64,000 nt of DNA, taken from Octopus vulgaris. Its lineage: Eukaryota. The position numbers and the translations under genes were made by a program. The notes under the pieces were generated by a model. It was not told the origin of the DNA. It did no database searches and saw only the letters and a list, made by a program, of their open reading frames with translations. This document shows, one piece after another, positions 52,575 through 64,000 of this stretch (position 1 is its first letter; every line of letters begins with the position of its first letter). The stretch is from NCBI GenBank assembly GCA_951406725.2, contig OX597829.1, positions 18,290,001-18,354,000 of the forward strand. Reading direction: 5' to 3'.

Positions 52575-53339
52575 CTTTGAAGTCTGATTGTCATCTCCTG
52601 CAGCCCTTGATCTGTTCTTCCTTGCTGCATCAGCTTCTCTCCTTGATAAAATCTTACAGTCATCTACAGCCCTGGACCTTCACTTCCTTGCTTGTGCCTC
52701 CTCTGATGTCTCCTCTTCTCTCCCTTTTCCTAAGAGCTCTGGGTTTTGTCTGTTTCCAGGGAATTTTCTATAATAAGAATTAAAATTAAAATTAAATTCC
52801 TCAATTCACTCCATGGAACATCAAAACTTCACTTTAACTCTGATTCAGGCTGAAAGTCCAGTCCAGCTGGTAGTCCGATCAAGCCAAAAGTCCAAAAGTC
52901 CAATTTGGGACGAAAGTTTGAGTTCATCAATATTTCCTTCCGAGCGCTTCAATTCACAAACTCTGCAGAACTTCAAAACCTCACAAACACGAAACCTCTC
53001 TCTAACTTGGATCTACTTTTATATGAATTGACTTTAAAATATATTTTTAAATTCACAAAGTTTTGGGATTACTCTAAATTCAGTTTAAATGGAAAACTTT
53101 AAAGCTTACAAACTTTTGGAGTTCTTTTAAAATTTGAATTTGCAACTGTTAGCATATAACAAATCCTCATCCAAACCTAATCCCAATGCTGGATGTTCAG
53201 GAAACAAATAAAGGCCAGATTTTCAATCCTGGGATGATCCTGATTCCAAAAAGGTATAATATGTCTATGTAGAGTAAAGACTGAGATACAGGGGTCCAAG
53301 ACAAACGAACAGACAGAATTTCGCATTTATTGTAGTAGA
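52575..53339 (-). mobile_element. Helitron 5' relic with STPR-like N-terminal coding remnant
   Basis: The start TCTACTACAATAAATGCGAAATTCTGTCTGTTCGTTTGTC is Helitron-like, and the remnant frame reads [15 protein letters not shown]...[15 protein letters not shown]. Confidence 0.55.
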
Positions 53340-56300
53340 AAGCAGTGTGTGCTGTATGCAAATTGTCTTCAACTGCAGGTTGCTTTCTTCTGAAAGAATC
53401 ATTTCATCTGCTCTTAGATCCACTTTAAGCTCATACTCTTAGTCCAGAGAATCTTGTTGTCATCATCATCAGCAGCAGCATCGTTTAACGCCAGTCTTCC
53501 ATGCTAGTGGCATGGGTTGGTGTAGACGGCTTTGGTAAGAATCGATGTGCCAGTGGAGTGTATGTAATAAAAACTGATCACAACACTTCTTCACACACAT
53601 ACACTATATTATGATACGCACGGCGGCCCTTCATATATTGCGGCAGTCAATACAAACACCAGGATGAAAGGCAAAGTCAACCTTGGAGGAATTTGAACTC
53701 AGAACGTAACGACAGACGAAACGCCGCCAGGCATTTTGCCCAGCATACTAGCGATTCTGCCAGCTTGCGCCTTAACAATAATGATAATAATAATAATAAT
53801 AATTCTTTCTACTATAGGCACAAGACCTGAAATTTGGGTGGGGAGAGGGAATGAGTCAATTACATCGACCCCAGTGTTTCACTGGTACTCATTTAATCGA
53901 ACCCCGAAAGGATGAAAAGCAACGTTGAACTTGGCGGAATTTGAACTTAGAACGTGGCGACGGGCGAAACACTGCTAAGCATTTCGCCTGGTGTGCTAAC
54001 GATTCTGCCAGCTCGCCGCCTTAAATGACGACGATGAGGATGATGATGATTAAAAGCCGAACAAATAGTAAGCTATTATGACAACAGAAACAGATGCGAC
54101 ACAAGTAAATTACAGGAATTGCAACGGACTGACTAATGTACAAAAATAAAAAAAAAAACAAAAAGAAAACATTTGGAATTGGTGCCTAGTGAAGCAATTG
54201 GCTTTTAATTTGTTCAAAATTTCTGTAATTTATGAAGGCGATAGCATTATCTAAGGTGGAGGAGGACAAAAATTCCACACTAATTCTATAGACCTTATGT
54301 TAAATCTGATAGCTAAGCAGAACTACCAGAAACAAAAGTGTCGACTAATTAAACCATGTAAATTAGTCTTTAATTATTGTCATTTAACAAAGTGGTGGAA
54401 GCAGGTCGATTCAATTAGCCTACTGGCTTCAACGATGTTCTGTTTTTTAAGTATTAGTTTAAATGTTGAGTGTAGAAGATCAACAGGTTGTCTTAATGTT
54501 TTGTCTATCTAGCTATCAATATGAGAGAGGGAGAAAGATATATAGGAAAACCAGATGAAAGAGACAGAGACAAGCGGAGGAAAAGACGATAAAGGAAAGG
54601 AAATGATATAAAGAGAATCGAAAGAACAGAGAGAGTCAAAGAAAGTGAGAGACAAGAGCAAAAAAAATAATAAAAAGCGAACTGGCAGAATTGTTAGCAC
54701 GCTGGGTGAAATGTTAAGCAGATTTTCATCTGCTGCTATGTTCTGAGTTCAAATTCCACGGAGGTCGACTTTGCCTTTCATCCTTTCGGGGTCGATTAAA
54801 TAAGAACCAGTTACGCACTGGGGTCGATGTAATCGACTTAATCTGTTTGTCTCCTCTGTGTGTAGCCCCTTGTGGGTAGTAAAGAAATAAGAAACAAGCA
54901 ATAGCACACACAAAAAAAAAAAAGGACAGGATGGAGAAAAGAGAAAGGTGACAAGAGAGAAATAAAAGAGAGATTGAGGCGCGAACAGTCGAAAATAGGG
55001 GAGACGAAAACCGAAAGATAAGAAAGAAAGGAAGGTCAAGAAGAGAATAGAGAGAGAGGGTATTATATAAAGAGGGAGATGAGAATAATGAGAAACTAGA
55101 GAGAGAGGGAGAGAGAGTGAAAAAGAAAGAGACAAAGTAGGAGCGAGGAGACAGTCGTCGATGAAAAGAGAGATAAAGAAATATGTATGCATGATCAATC
55201 GAATGAGAGGGGCAAAGATAAGCTTTGTGTGTGTGTGAGAGAGAGAGATGGTGGAACGGAGATAGATGGGGCCCGGAGAAAAGAAAATGAAGGTAAAACA
55301 AAAAAAAAAAAAACTCGAAGAAAAGAATAACAAAATTGAAGAAAAGGAGATTAAAGTTACTATTGAATAAACTAAGGGAGTGACAAGAATTTTTACAGAA
55401 GAGTTGAGATAAATAATCAGGAAGAGGGAGATAAAAAGAGACTGGAAATATTTCGGCCAAAAGAATTCACTATCCCAATAAATTGATATATAAAATGAAA
55501 AAAAAGGAGAAGCTACTTTTGTTTAAAATCACCCTAAACTATCTCAAAAGAAGGGAGTGGAAATTTGAAAAGTTCCTTCCTATACAAAGGAGCGCCTTTG
55601 ATCCTTCGCGATTAAGACTGACAGCTAATAACAATAATTATTTGTTAAGGAGTTTGCTATCCAACCGAACAGTTCTCGTTTCAATCCCACTGAGTGGTAC
55701 TTTGGGGCAAGTGTCTGTTACGATGGCCCTCCTCGGACTGACCGGTATCTTGTGAGTGGATTTGGTGAACGGATACTGAAAGAACCCCGTCATATATCCA
55801 TGTATGTATGTATGTATGCGTGTATGTATGTGTGTATGTATGTATGAATGTATGTATGTGAATGTGTATGTATGTGTGTGTGTATGTATGTATGTATGAT
55901 GTATGTATGTATGTATGTGTGTATGTATGTTTGTATGTATGTGTGTATGTGTGTGTGTATGTGTTTGTATGTATGTTTGTATGTATGTATGTGTGTGTGT
56001 ATGTATGTATGTTTGTATGTATGTGTGTGTATGTATGTTGTGTATGTTTGTATGTATGTATGTTTGTATGTATGTATGTATGTGTGTCTGTATGTATGTA
56101 TGTATGTTTGTATGTGTGTATGTATGTATGTATGTATGTGTGTGTGTATGTATGTATGTATGTGTGTGTATGTATGTGTGTGTGTATGTATGTATGTATG
56201 TATCTATCTATCTATACACACACATGTGTGTGTATGTGTGTGTTTGCCCCCATCACAGCTTGACAATCAGATTTGGTTTGTTTACGTCTGTGTAGCTTAG

Positions 56301-56784
56301 CGATTCGGCACAAAAGACCGATAAAATAAGTACCAACTAGGCTTTAAAAAATAAAATAAAACAAAGAAGTGAGATCGATTATTTTTCGACGAAAACCTTT
56401 CAAAGCGCTGCCCCCAGCATGGCCGCAGTCTAATGGCTGAAACATGTAAAAGATCAAAGAATCCCCCCCCGCCGCCTCTTGTCATATGCACGGTGTGTTG
56501 TGGTGGTGAGGATGAGGGTGAAGATATGTATACATATGACACATTCCCCCTTCCTCTACTCCATCGTACATTGCTTGACTCTTCCCAATTCTGCAGCAGA
56601 CGATGAAAAAAAATTTTTTTAACTAAATGATGAAGTCTTAGTGTTAAAGAACCAAGGAATTTTAATTAATGAAAATTATAAATATGAGGGGTGGCGGTGA
56701 TGGTAATGGGAGACTCATTAAGTTTAATTATCAATTCTGTTCAAGAATGACTAGACATGAGACAATGCCTGAAATCTTAATTAA

Positions 56785-56840
<56 letters not shown>

Positions 56841-56851
56841 ATATATATATA

Positions 56852-57043
<192 letters not shown>

Positions 57044-57115
57044 CATACACACACACATACATACGTGTGTATAATGTAAGCAAAGGTCTGAGTCTGATAG
57101 TAACTGCATTTAAAC

Positions 57116-57160
57116 AATTCTGGGCAGGTTTCGGTTTTATTGCACCTCTTCAGCGAAGGA
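57116..57160 (-). ncRNA. Degenerate minimal type I hammerhead-like motif
   Basis: The minus strand reads CUGAAGA-GGU(gcaauaaa)ACC-GAAA-CCUGCC-CAGAA. The core and helix II are intact, but helix III and the cleavage triplet are mutated. Confidence 0.45.
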
Positions 57161-57703
57161 CCACACTCTGTGTATAATACGCATATTTTCTTCACCAAGA
57201 CCACACAATTTACTGTGATAAAGCTTTGTTGTTTATAAATTAACTTTTTTTTTTTTCATAAATCAATATATTTTATATGAAATTAAAAATGAAATATCAA
57301 AAACCAATGTATTGAATTATAGATGATCGACTACTCTTGTAACTTTGTTATTTATGGGGTTTTTTTTCTCTATATTCTACGAGAATTTTTATCGTTATTT
57401 TATTTCAAGACAACTTAGGCCAAGAAATCCAGATGCATCTTTTACACGGTAGCCTATGTATGATACATGCACCTTTTAAGGGAGCGACCAGCAGGCAGAA
57501 TCATTAGCACGCCAGGTAAAATGCTTAGCGGCATCTCGTCCGTCTCTACGTTCTGAGTTCAAACTCCAACGAGGTCGACTTTGCCTTTCATCCTTTCTGG
57601 GTCGATAGAATAAATAGCAGTTAGTTGAACACTATCCTCGATGTAATCGATTCATCTCCTCCTCTATAATCGCTGCCCTTGTGGCAAAATTTGAAACTAT
57701 AAC

Positions 57704-57736
<33 letters not shown>

Positions 57737-58534
57737 GGCGGTTAGCTGGCAGGATTATTACCACGCCGTCTTTTACGTTCTGAGTTCAAATTCCGTCGAG
57801 GTCGACTTAGTCTTTCATCCTTTCAGGTTTCGGTAAAATAAGTACCAATTAAAACACTGGTGTCGATGTAATCGACTAGTCCCCTCCCCCAAAATTTCAG
57901 GCCTCGTGCCTATAGCAAAAAGGATTATTATCATTATTATTATTAAACAGAGTTTGAAATAGGAAGTAGGACATATCCAGAGACACACACCTGCCAGCTT
58001 ATCTATTTACTCATAATGGTTAATTAATGCACTTGAATTAAAACTGATTGGTAGACAGATCGATTCTCACACAGCCCAGTATTCAATGGAGGTAAAGCAT
58101 TCAGCTTCGTACAGCGATTATTGTACGCAGCGAAACGTGTCTTATTTGTTAGCACGAAACGTGCTTAAATGTTATAAAATAAAAGACTTGAAACATCACC
58201 ACTGGTCTGTAAAAACAGGAAAAGTGAACGGAAACGAGTTGATTCTACTTCGACAACAATGATAATAATTGTTATGTAGGTTTTATGCTTTTGTAAGAAA
58301 TTATTTTGCCAAATCGAAAACGAGTGGGGGTGGGGGGTGTAGAAAAAAGCGAAAAGGTAATACAAAAAATACAAAAAAAAAAAAGTGGGGGGGGGAAATG
58401 AGAAATATTTTTTTTAAATAACGGTAAGTAAGAAGGAGAGTAGCTGAAAATATGAAAGGAGATTTGGAAATATTTGTGCGTGTGTGTGTGAGTTTGTGCG
58501 TGAAAGAGAAAGGGAAAGAAAGATAAAGAGAGAT

Positions 58535-58570
<36 letters not shown>

Positions 58571-58725
58571 AGGTGATGCGAAAGGGAGAGAGAGAGAGAC
58601 AAAGAGGAGATGAAGCGAAAGGGGGAGAGAGAGAGAGAGAGAGGGGGAAGACTGAAGGAGTAAGGAAGAAATAACGAGAGAAAAGAAGTAAAAAAAAATA
58701 ATGTGAGAATGAAAACAAAGGCAAA

Positions 58726-59144
58726 CGGCAATCTTTCGTCTCTAGTAGACCTTTCCGTCGATTTCCGTAAAAAACTTCTTTTTTTTTTTACATATGGGCT
58801 TGCGGGAACTTTTGAAGTAATGAGAGCGAAAGAGACTAAGAGAAAGCGATTGAATGACGAGGGAAGTTCTTTTGAAGTTACCGTGCATGGGAAGCATTGA
58901 TGTACATGTGTGTGTTTGATGGGGTGTGGGAGACAGACAGTATGTTGTGTAAGTGAAGTGCTTCTGTTAGTGTGTGTGAAGAGACAGAGTAATGTGTGAA
59001 AGAAAGAGATAACTGAAATTTTTTTACTCGGTGTATGTGTATATGTATGTATATTACTTCAAAAGTTCCCGCAAGCCCATATGTAAAAAAAAATTTTTTT
59101 TACGGAAATCGACGGAAAGGTCTACTAGAGACGAAAGATCGCCG
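58726..59144. repeat. ~95-bp near-perfect inverted repeat (58726-58821 / 59053-59144)
   Basis: cggcaatctttcgtctctagtagacctttccgtcgatttccgta...gggaacttttgaagtaat and its reverse complement. Confidence 0.9.
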
Positions 59145-61595
59145 AAAAAAGATATCAAATTTATTCATAGGAGAAGCTAAATGAGTTGAGAGAAGAAGAA
59201 GAAAAAAAAATTGAAAAATTAGGAAAATAAACGTTAAAAAAAAAATTAACCCCACCACCACCACTACCATCACCACACAAGATGTTTACATTATTGAATT
59301 TAAAAAAATAAATGGTTGTAAAATAAAATCTTCAATAGAATGTTATTATTTGTTTTTATTTCATTTTTTTCTACTTTGTGAGATGAAGGCAATTTTTTTT
59401 CTCTTTTAGTTAAACAGCTTTTATCGGACAAAAATTTGCTTTCCATGGTTGGGCTTGAGAAACTGAGAAACTCCCTCAAACAGAAAATTGATACGCGCAT
59501 ACGTGTTTCTATTTATACATGTTTACATATACACACACACGCGTGTGTGTGTGTGTGTGTGCGCGCTAAAGCGGTGAGCTAGCAGAGTCGTTAGCACGTC
59601 GGACAAAATCTTTAGTGGCGTTTCGTCCGCCTTTACGTTCTGAGTTCAAATTCCAACGAAGTCGACTTTGTCTTTTATCCTCTCGGGGTCCATAAATTAA
59701 GTAGCGGCCAAGCATTGGGGCCGATGTAATTGACTAGATTCCGCCCCTAAAATTTCAGACCTTGTGCCTATAGCAGAAATGACAACACACACACACACTA
59801 ATTTTTCATTACCCCGCTGTTACAGGACGAAATACCTATTTCAACACAGGGGCTAAACACAGAGGGGAAAAACAAGGACAGACGAAAGGATTAAGTCGAT
59901 TATATCGACCCCAGTGCGTAACTGGTACTTATTTAATCGACCCCGAGAGGATGAAAGGCAAAGTCGACCTCGGCGGAATTTGAACTCTGAACGTAACGGC
60001 AAACGAAATACCGCTTAGCATTTCGCCAGGCGAGCAAACGTTTCTGCCAGCTCGCCGCCACATAGACTGCATATTGCATTATCGATGATAGATATGAAGC
60101 CAACTTTCAGATATGGATTCATATTGTCTTGAAAAAGGGCTTGAGAGTCCTATCTCCGACTCTCAGCCATTCACTCCCATTAAAATATAAGTGTTTTTCT
60201 GTCTAATTAGAAAGAAAAAAAAATTAAAACTACGGTAGAATACACGTAATACATTTTGGTATTGATTGAAAGTAATCCCTTTTTTCCTGTACGAAACTAG
60301 TGGGCTTTTGTCTTTAAGCGGAGTAGCTTACAATAGAAAGGGTAGCCTCGATAAATTTGTGGCATTGCGCCAATTCACACTTAAAAATCGATAATATAGC
60401 TGATAAGAGATTTCAGCACAAACGAGTTCTTTGATGGCTTTGTCCGATACAATGTACCCCACTCCTTTCCTTCTCTTTGTCTCCTCTGTCTCCCTTCCAC
60501 CATATCTCTCGCACACACACACTACATTATAATATGCACGGTGACCCCTCATACATTGCAGCAGTCAATACAAACATCAGTTTTAACAATATATTAACAT
60601 CTAGGAATGTCACTAAATTTTCTCGAGAAACGAATGATAACGTTTCAAATATGTTTAGTGAATAATGTTGTCTGGGACACGAAAAATATATAATTGTATA
60701 AAATATATATTTAAAAATGATAATATTGGTTTTTTTTAGCCAAACAGTATTGATTTCCCAACAATTTTTTCTCATACATGCGACGACACAAGAAATTCAT
60801 GTATCTTTTTAAAAAGACGATAGCAATATTATCCCTAGTATATATATTATGGAGAGAAAGAGTGTTATTATTATTATTATTATTATTATTTTTGATTTAA
60901 GGTTTTCTTCGATTTTACATTATATGATTTTTAAAACTTTCATGTACATTAACGTTTCTTAGGGAAACAAAAGACAGTTAGTTGAAAGGACCATTGAAAC
61001 GAAACCAATTTCAAATGTGTATTTGTCAATGTAAATTGCATATGTATACATATCACCTTAATTTTTTCCATTCTCAATCAAAACTGTTCTACTACGAATG
61101 AGAAAATGAGAACGTGAAACTCTGAGAAGCAGTTTCTTTGTGATACTTTTGTGATGTTTTTGCAGCTTTAATAATTATTTCAAAATTTTGCCACAGGGGC
61201 AGCTTGTGGGGAGGTGCAGATGAATGGATAATATCGACCCCAATGTTCAACTGCTATTTATTTTCATCGACCCTTAAAAGGATGAAAAAGTAAAGTGGAC
61301 CACGGCGGAATTTTAACTCAGGACGTAGTGACGAGCGAAATGCTGCTTAAGCATTTCGTCCAACGTGCAAACGACTCCGTCAGCTCGCCGCCCTTTTTGC
61401 AGCTTTAATAATAAAGTACTCACACATATCTATATGTATGTGTGTGTTTGTGTGTATATATGTATGTAGGTATATTTGTATGTATGTGTGTATAAATAGA
61501 TTAACGTACAGGTATATATAAACCTCAGGGATAGAAATATCCAAGACTAAACTGGTTGAATAACTTATAATATAGGCACTCACATATGTATTATC

Positions 61596-61677
61596 ATTAT
61601 AAAAAACCAAGAGAGATGGAGATAATATTAATAAATTTTTATTAATCTTATCTCCATCATCCCTCTTGGTTTATAAT
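61596..61677. other. Isolated ~80-nt hairpin
   Basis: aaaccaagag-agatggagataa-t-attaata / tattaat-c-ttatctccatc-..-ctcttggttt. Confidence 0.7.
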
Positions 61678-62553
61678 AAATTCTTACACAATTACGTATT
61701 CTATATCTAAACTACATTAACCATGCATATTTGAAGCATTATTTTTTGATTAGATGATCTAATGACATTGACATTACAGTCAGGGTTTATGTAGTTTACG
61801 GATGAGGAGCTTTAAGTATTGACTGAAGGGTCTAGAGATTTGCCCTACTACACCTTTAAAAATGAATCAATGTAGCTTTTTCGACAAACATTCATAATCT
61901 CGTCATTAACCCATATCACCCCCACCCCACCCCCACACTTTAATATTGTAATACACCAGTCACCTTCTCTCTCTCTTTATCAATCGGCTCCTATGTATAT
62001 CTGCAATTTTACTATATTACTTCGCCCACTTCCTTATTTCTACCTTACCACTTTTACTCGTGTTACATCGCCATCTCCCATACTTTTTTTAAAAACCTTC
62101 CCCGTCTATTTCACTGTCTGGTCGCGTGATTGCTTGTCACAAGCTGCTGACTATTTTATTGGTAGCTATTCCTTTCTCTTCTTCACTCTCTCACTCTGTG
62201 TGTATGTTTATGTGTGTGTCTCACTCACTCACTCTCGTTTATTTAGCTATCTAATCTACTCTTTTCATGATAGTTTGTTTTCTTTTTCATATTTTTCAGT
62301 AGAGCCATTACTTTCTCCTTGCAGTAAATGAACAAGGAAGATCAACCAATGAAAAAAAGGTTGACATGTGACTCCACGATATATGCGTGCGTGCCTGTGT
62401 GTGAATGAGAGTTGTGTGTGTGTGTGCGCGCGTTTGTGTATGTGTGTGTGTGAGAGAGAGAAAGTGCGACATCATGAAGTCACATGTCAGGTTTTCCGTT
62501 GGTTGGTTTATCCCTGTTCTGTCACTAGGACATATATATATATATATATATGT

Positions 62554-62739
<186 letters not shown>

Positions 62740-63091
62740 GCATACATACATAGAGAAAGATGTTAATTTATGTCGCATAAATGAGAATATATTACGCACT
62801 ATAAAGCCATTTATACCCAGTTTTATGTTTTAAAAACACAAAATTACACACACACACACGTACATTCTTTAATTAAAATAATTCTCGTGTCTGTGTATGT
62901 AGTTTCAGCAAAGCGCCAATGCAATCAAAGTCTCTTACATTGCTAAGCACAACGACAAAAGAGAGGGCAAAGCAACACAAAGAGAGAGAGAGGGGGAGGA
63001 GGAGGAGGAGGAGAATGATGTCAGTAGGGGGAAAAGGTGTTTAACATGATCGAAGCTTTAGGAAAGCATAGGTTAAAAGTTCGTGTCTGTA

Positions 63092-63132
<41 letters not shown>

Positions 63133-64000
63133 AAAAGAGAGAGAGAGAGTGCGTTTCTCTGTCTGTTATGTATGTCTGAGACAATCACTTACATGCACAA
63201 ACACACACACACACAGTCCTTCCAACCAACATGCATCCACGAAATTTCCATCACCCTCTTCCTCACCGCTACCCCCACTCTCCTCTCCTCCCTCCCCCAC
63301 CACACACACACACACACACACAGGAAGACAGTAGCAAATAATGGGCAACGCTCAACTTCTTCACTTGGCCTGTCTCTCTCTCTCTCTCCCTCCTTCCCCA
63401 GTACTTTATATATAAGCGTATGCGTATGTGTACGTCTGTACATGTGTGTGTGTATGTAGTTCAGGTGTGTGAATGTGTGTGCGTGTCTGTGTGTTAGTAA
63501 TTCGCTGGTAAAAAAAATAGAAATGAGTTTGACTCATTTCACTGATCGCTTATGAGATTTCCTGGGTGCTATCTTTAAGAGAGCGTGTTAGTTCTAGTGT
63601 GTGTGGTAGGGTGTCGGCGGAGGCGCTGTGAAGATTGGCAAAATTGGACAGAAGGGTGTGGATGTGCGCGGACAAGTTACCGTGTGTGCGTATGTGAGAC
63701 AATAATTAACGGTCTTAACAAAATTCTAAAACAAGTTAAAACTATCCTTATTAGAAATGGTCTTCTACCTTTGCAAATATTTTCGTCACGAATCGATTGG
63801 GAGCTTCTACGTAGTCGATTGACATGCTAGAAATACCAGCCCAATCTCACATTCAATCGTCTTAAACGAAGGAGGGAGGGATTCGTTTCCCAATAGAAAC
63901 AAGTTCTGGTTGTATGACTAAGAAGTTTGCTTCACGACTGCGGTTTCGATGTCAGGGTGTGGCAGTTCGGACATTTGTCTTCTATCAAAGAGTTAGGTTA

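Overview
AT-rich, repeat-dense eukaryotic genomic DNA. The SINE/LINE repertoire and microsatellite load resemble an octopus (coleoid cephalopod) genome, which is an inference. One host gene was found, and the ORF track misses it: a spliced, single-repeat beta-thymosin on the minus strand (coding exons 51782-51683 and 41159-41134; 41 aa, [41 protein letters not shown]). The rest is mostly mobile DNA. There is a nested, head-to-tail Helitron complex (22568-32154) containing a nearly intact RepHel gene with two frameshifts and STPR-like N-terminal repeats, plus other Helitron relics. Retroelements include truncated CR1-, RTE- (with a PHD finger inside the RT) and R4/Dong-type LINEs and two Penelope-like elements, one flanked by inverted repeats of about 650 bp. 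There are also two deleted mariners, TTAA piggyBac-type MITEs and three tRNA-derived SINE families. The most notable items are a canonical type I hammerhead ribozyme inside a perfect 94-bp fold-back (18910-18999, minus strand), two apparently independent antisense SINE-into-SINE insertions at the same nucleotide, and a chimeric Helitron joined by microhomology. No prokaryotic-type system (operon, CRISPR) is present. All calls were made by eye without alignments or database searches.
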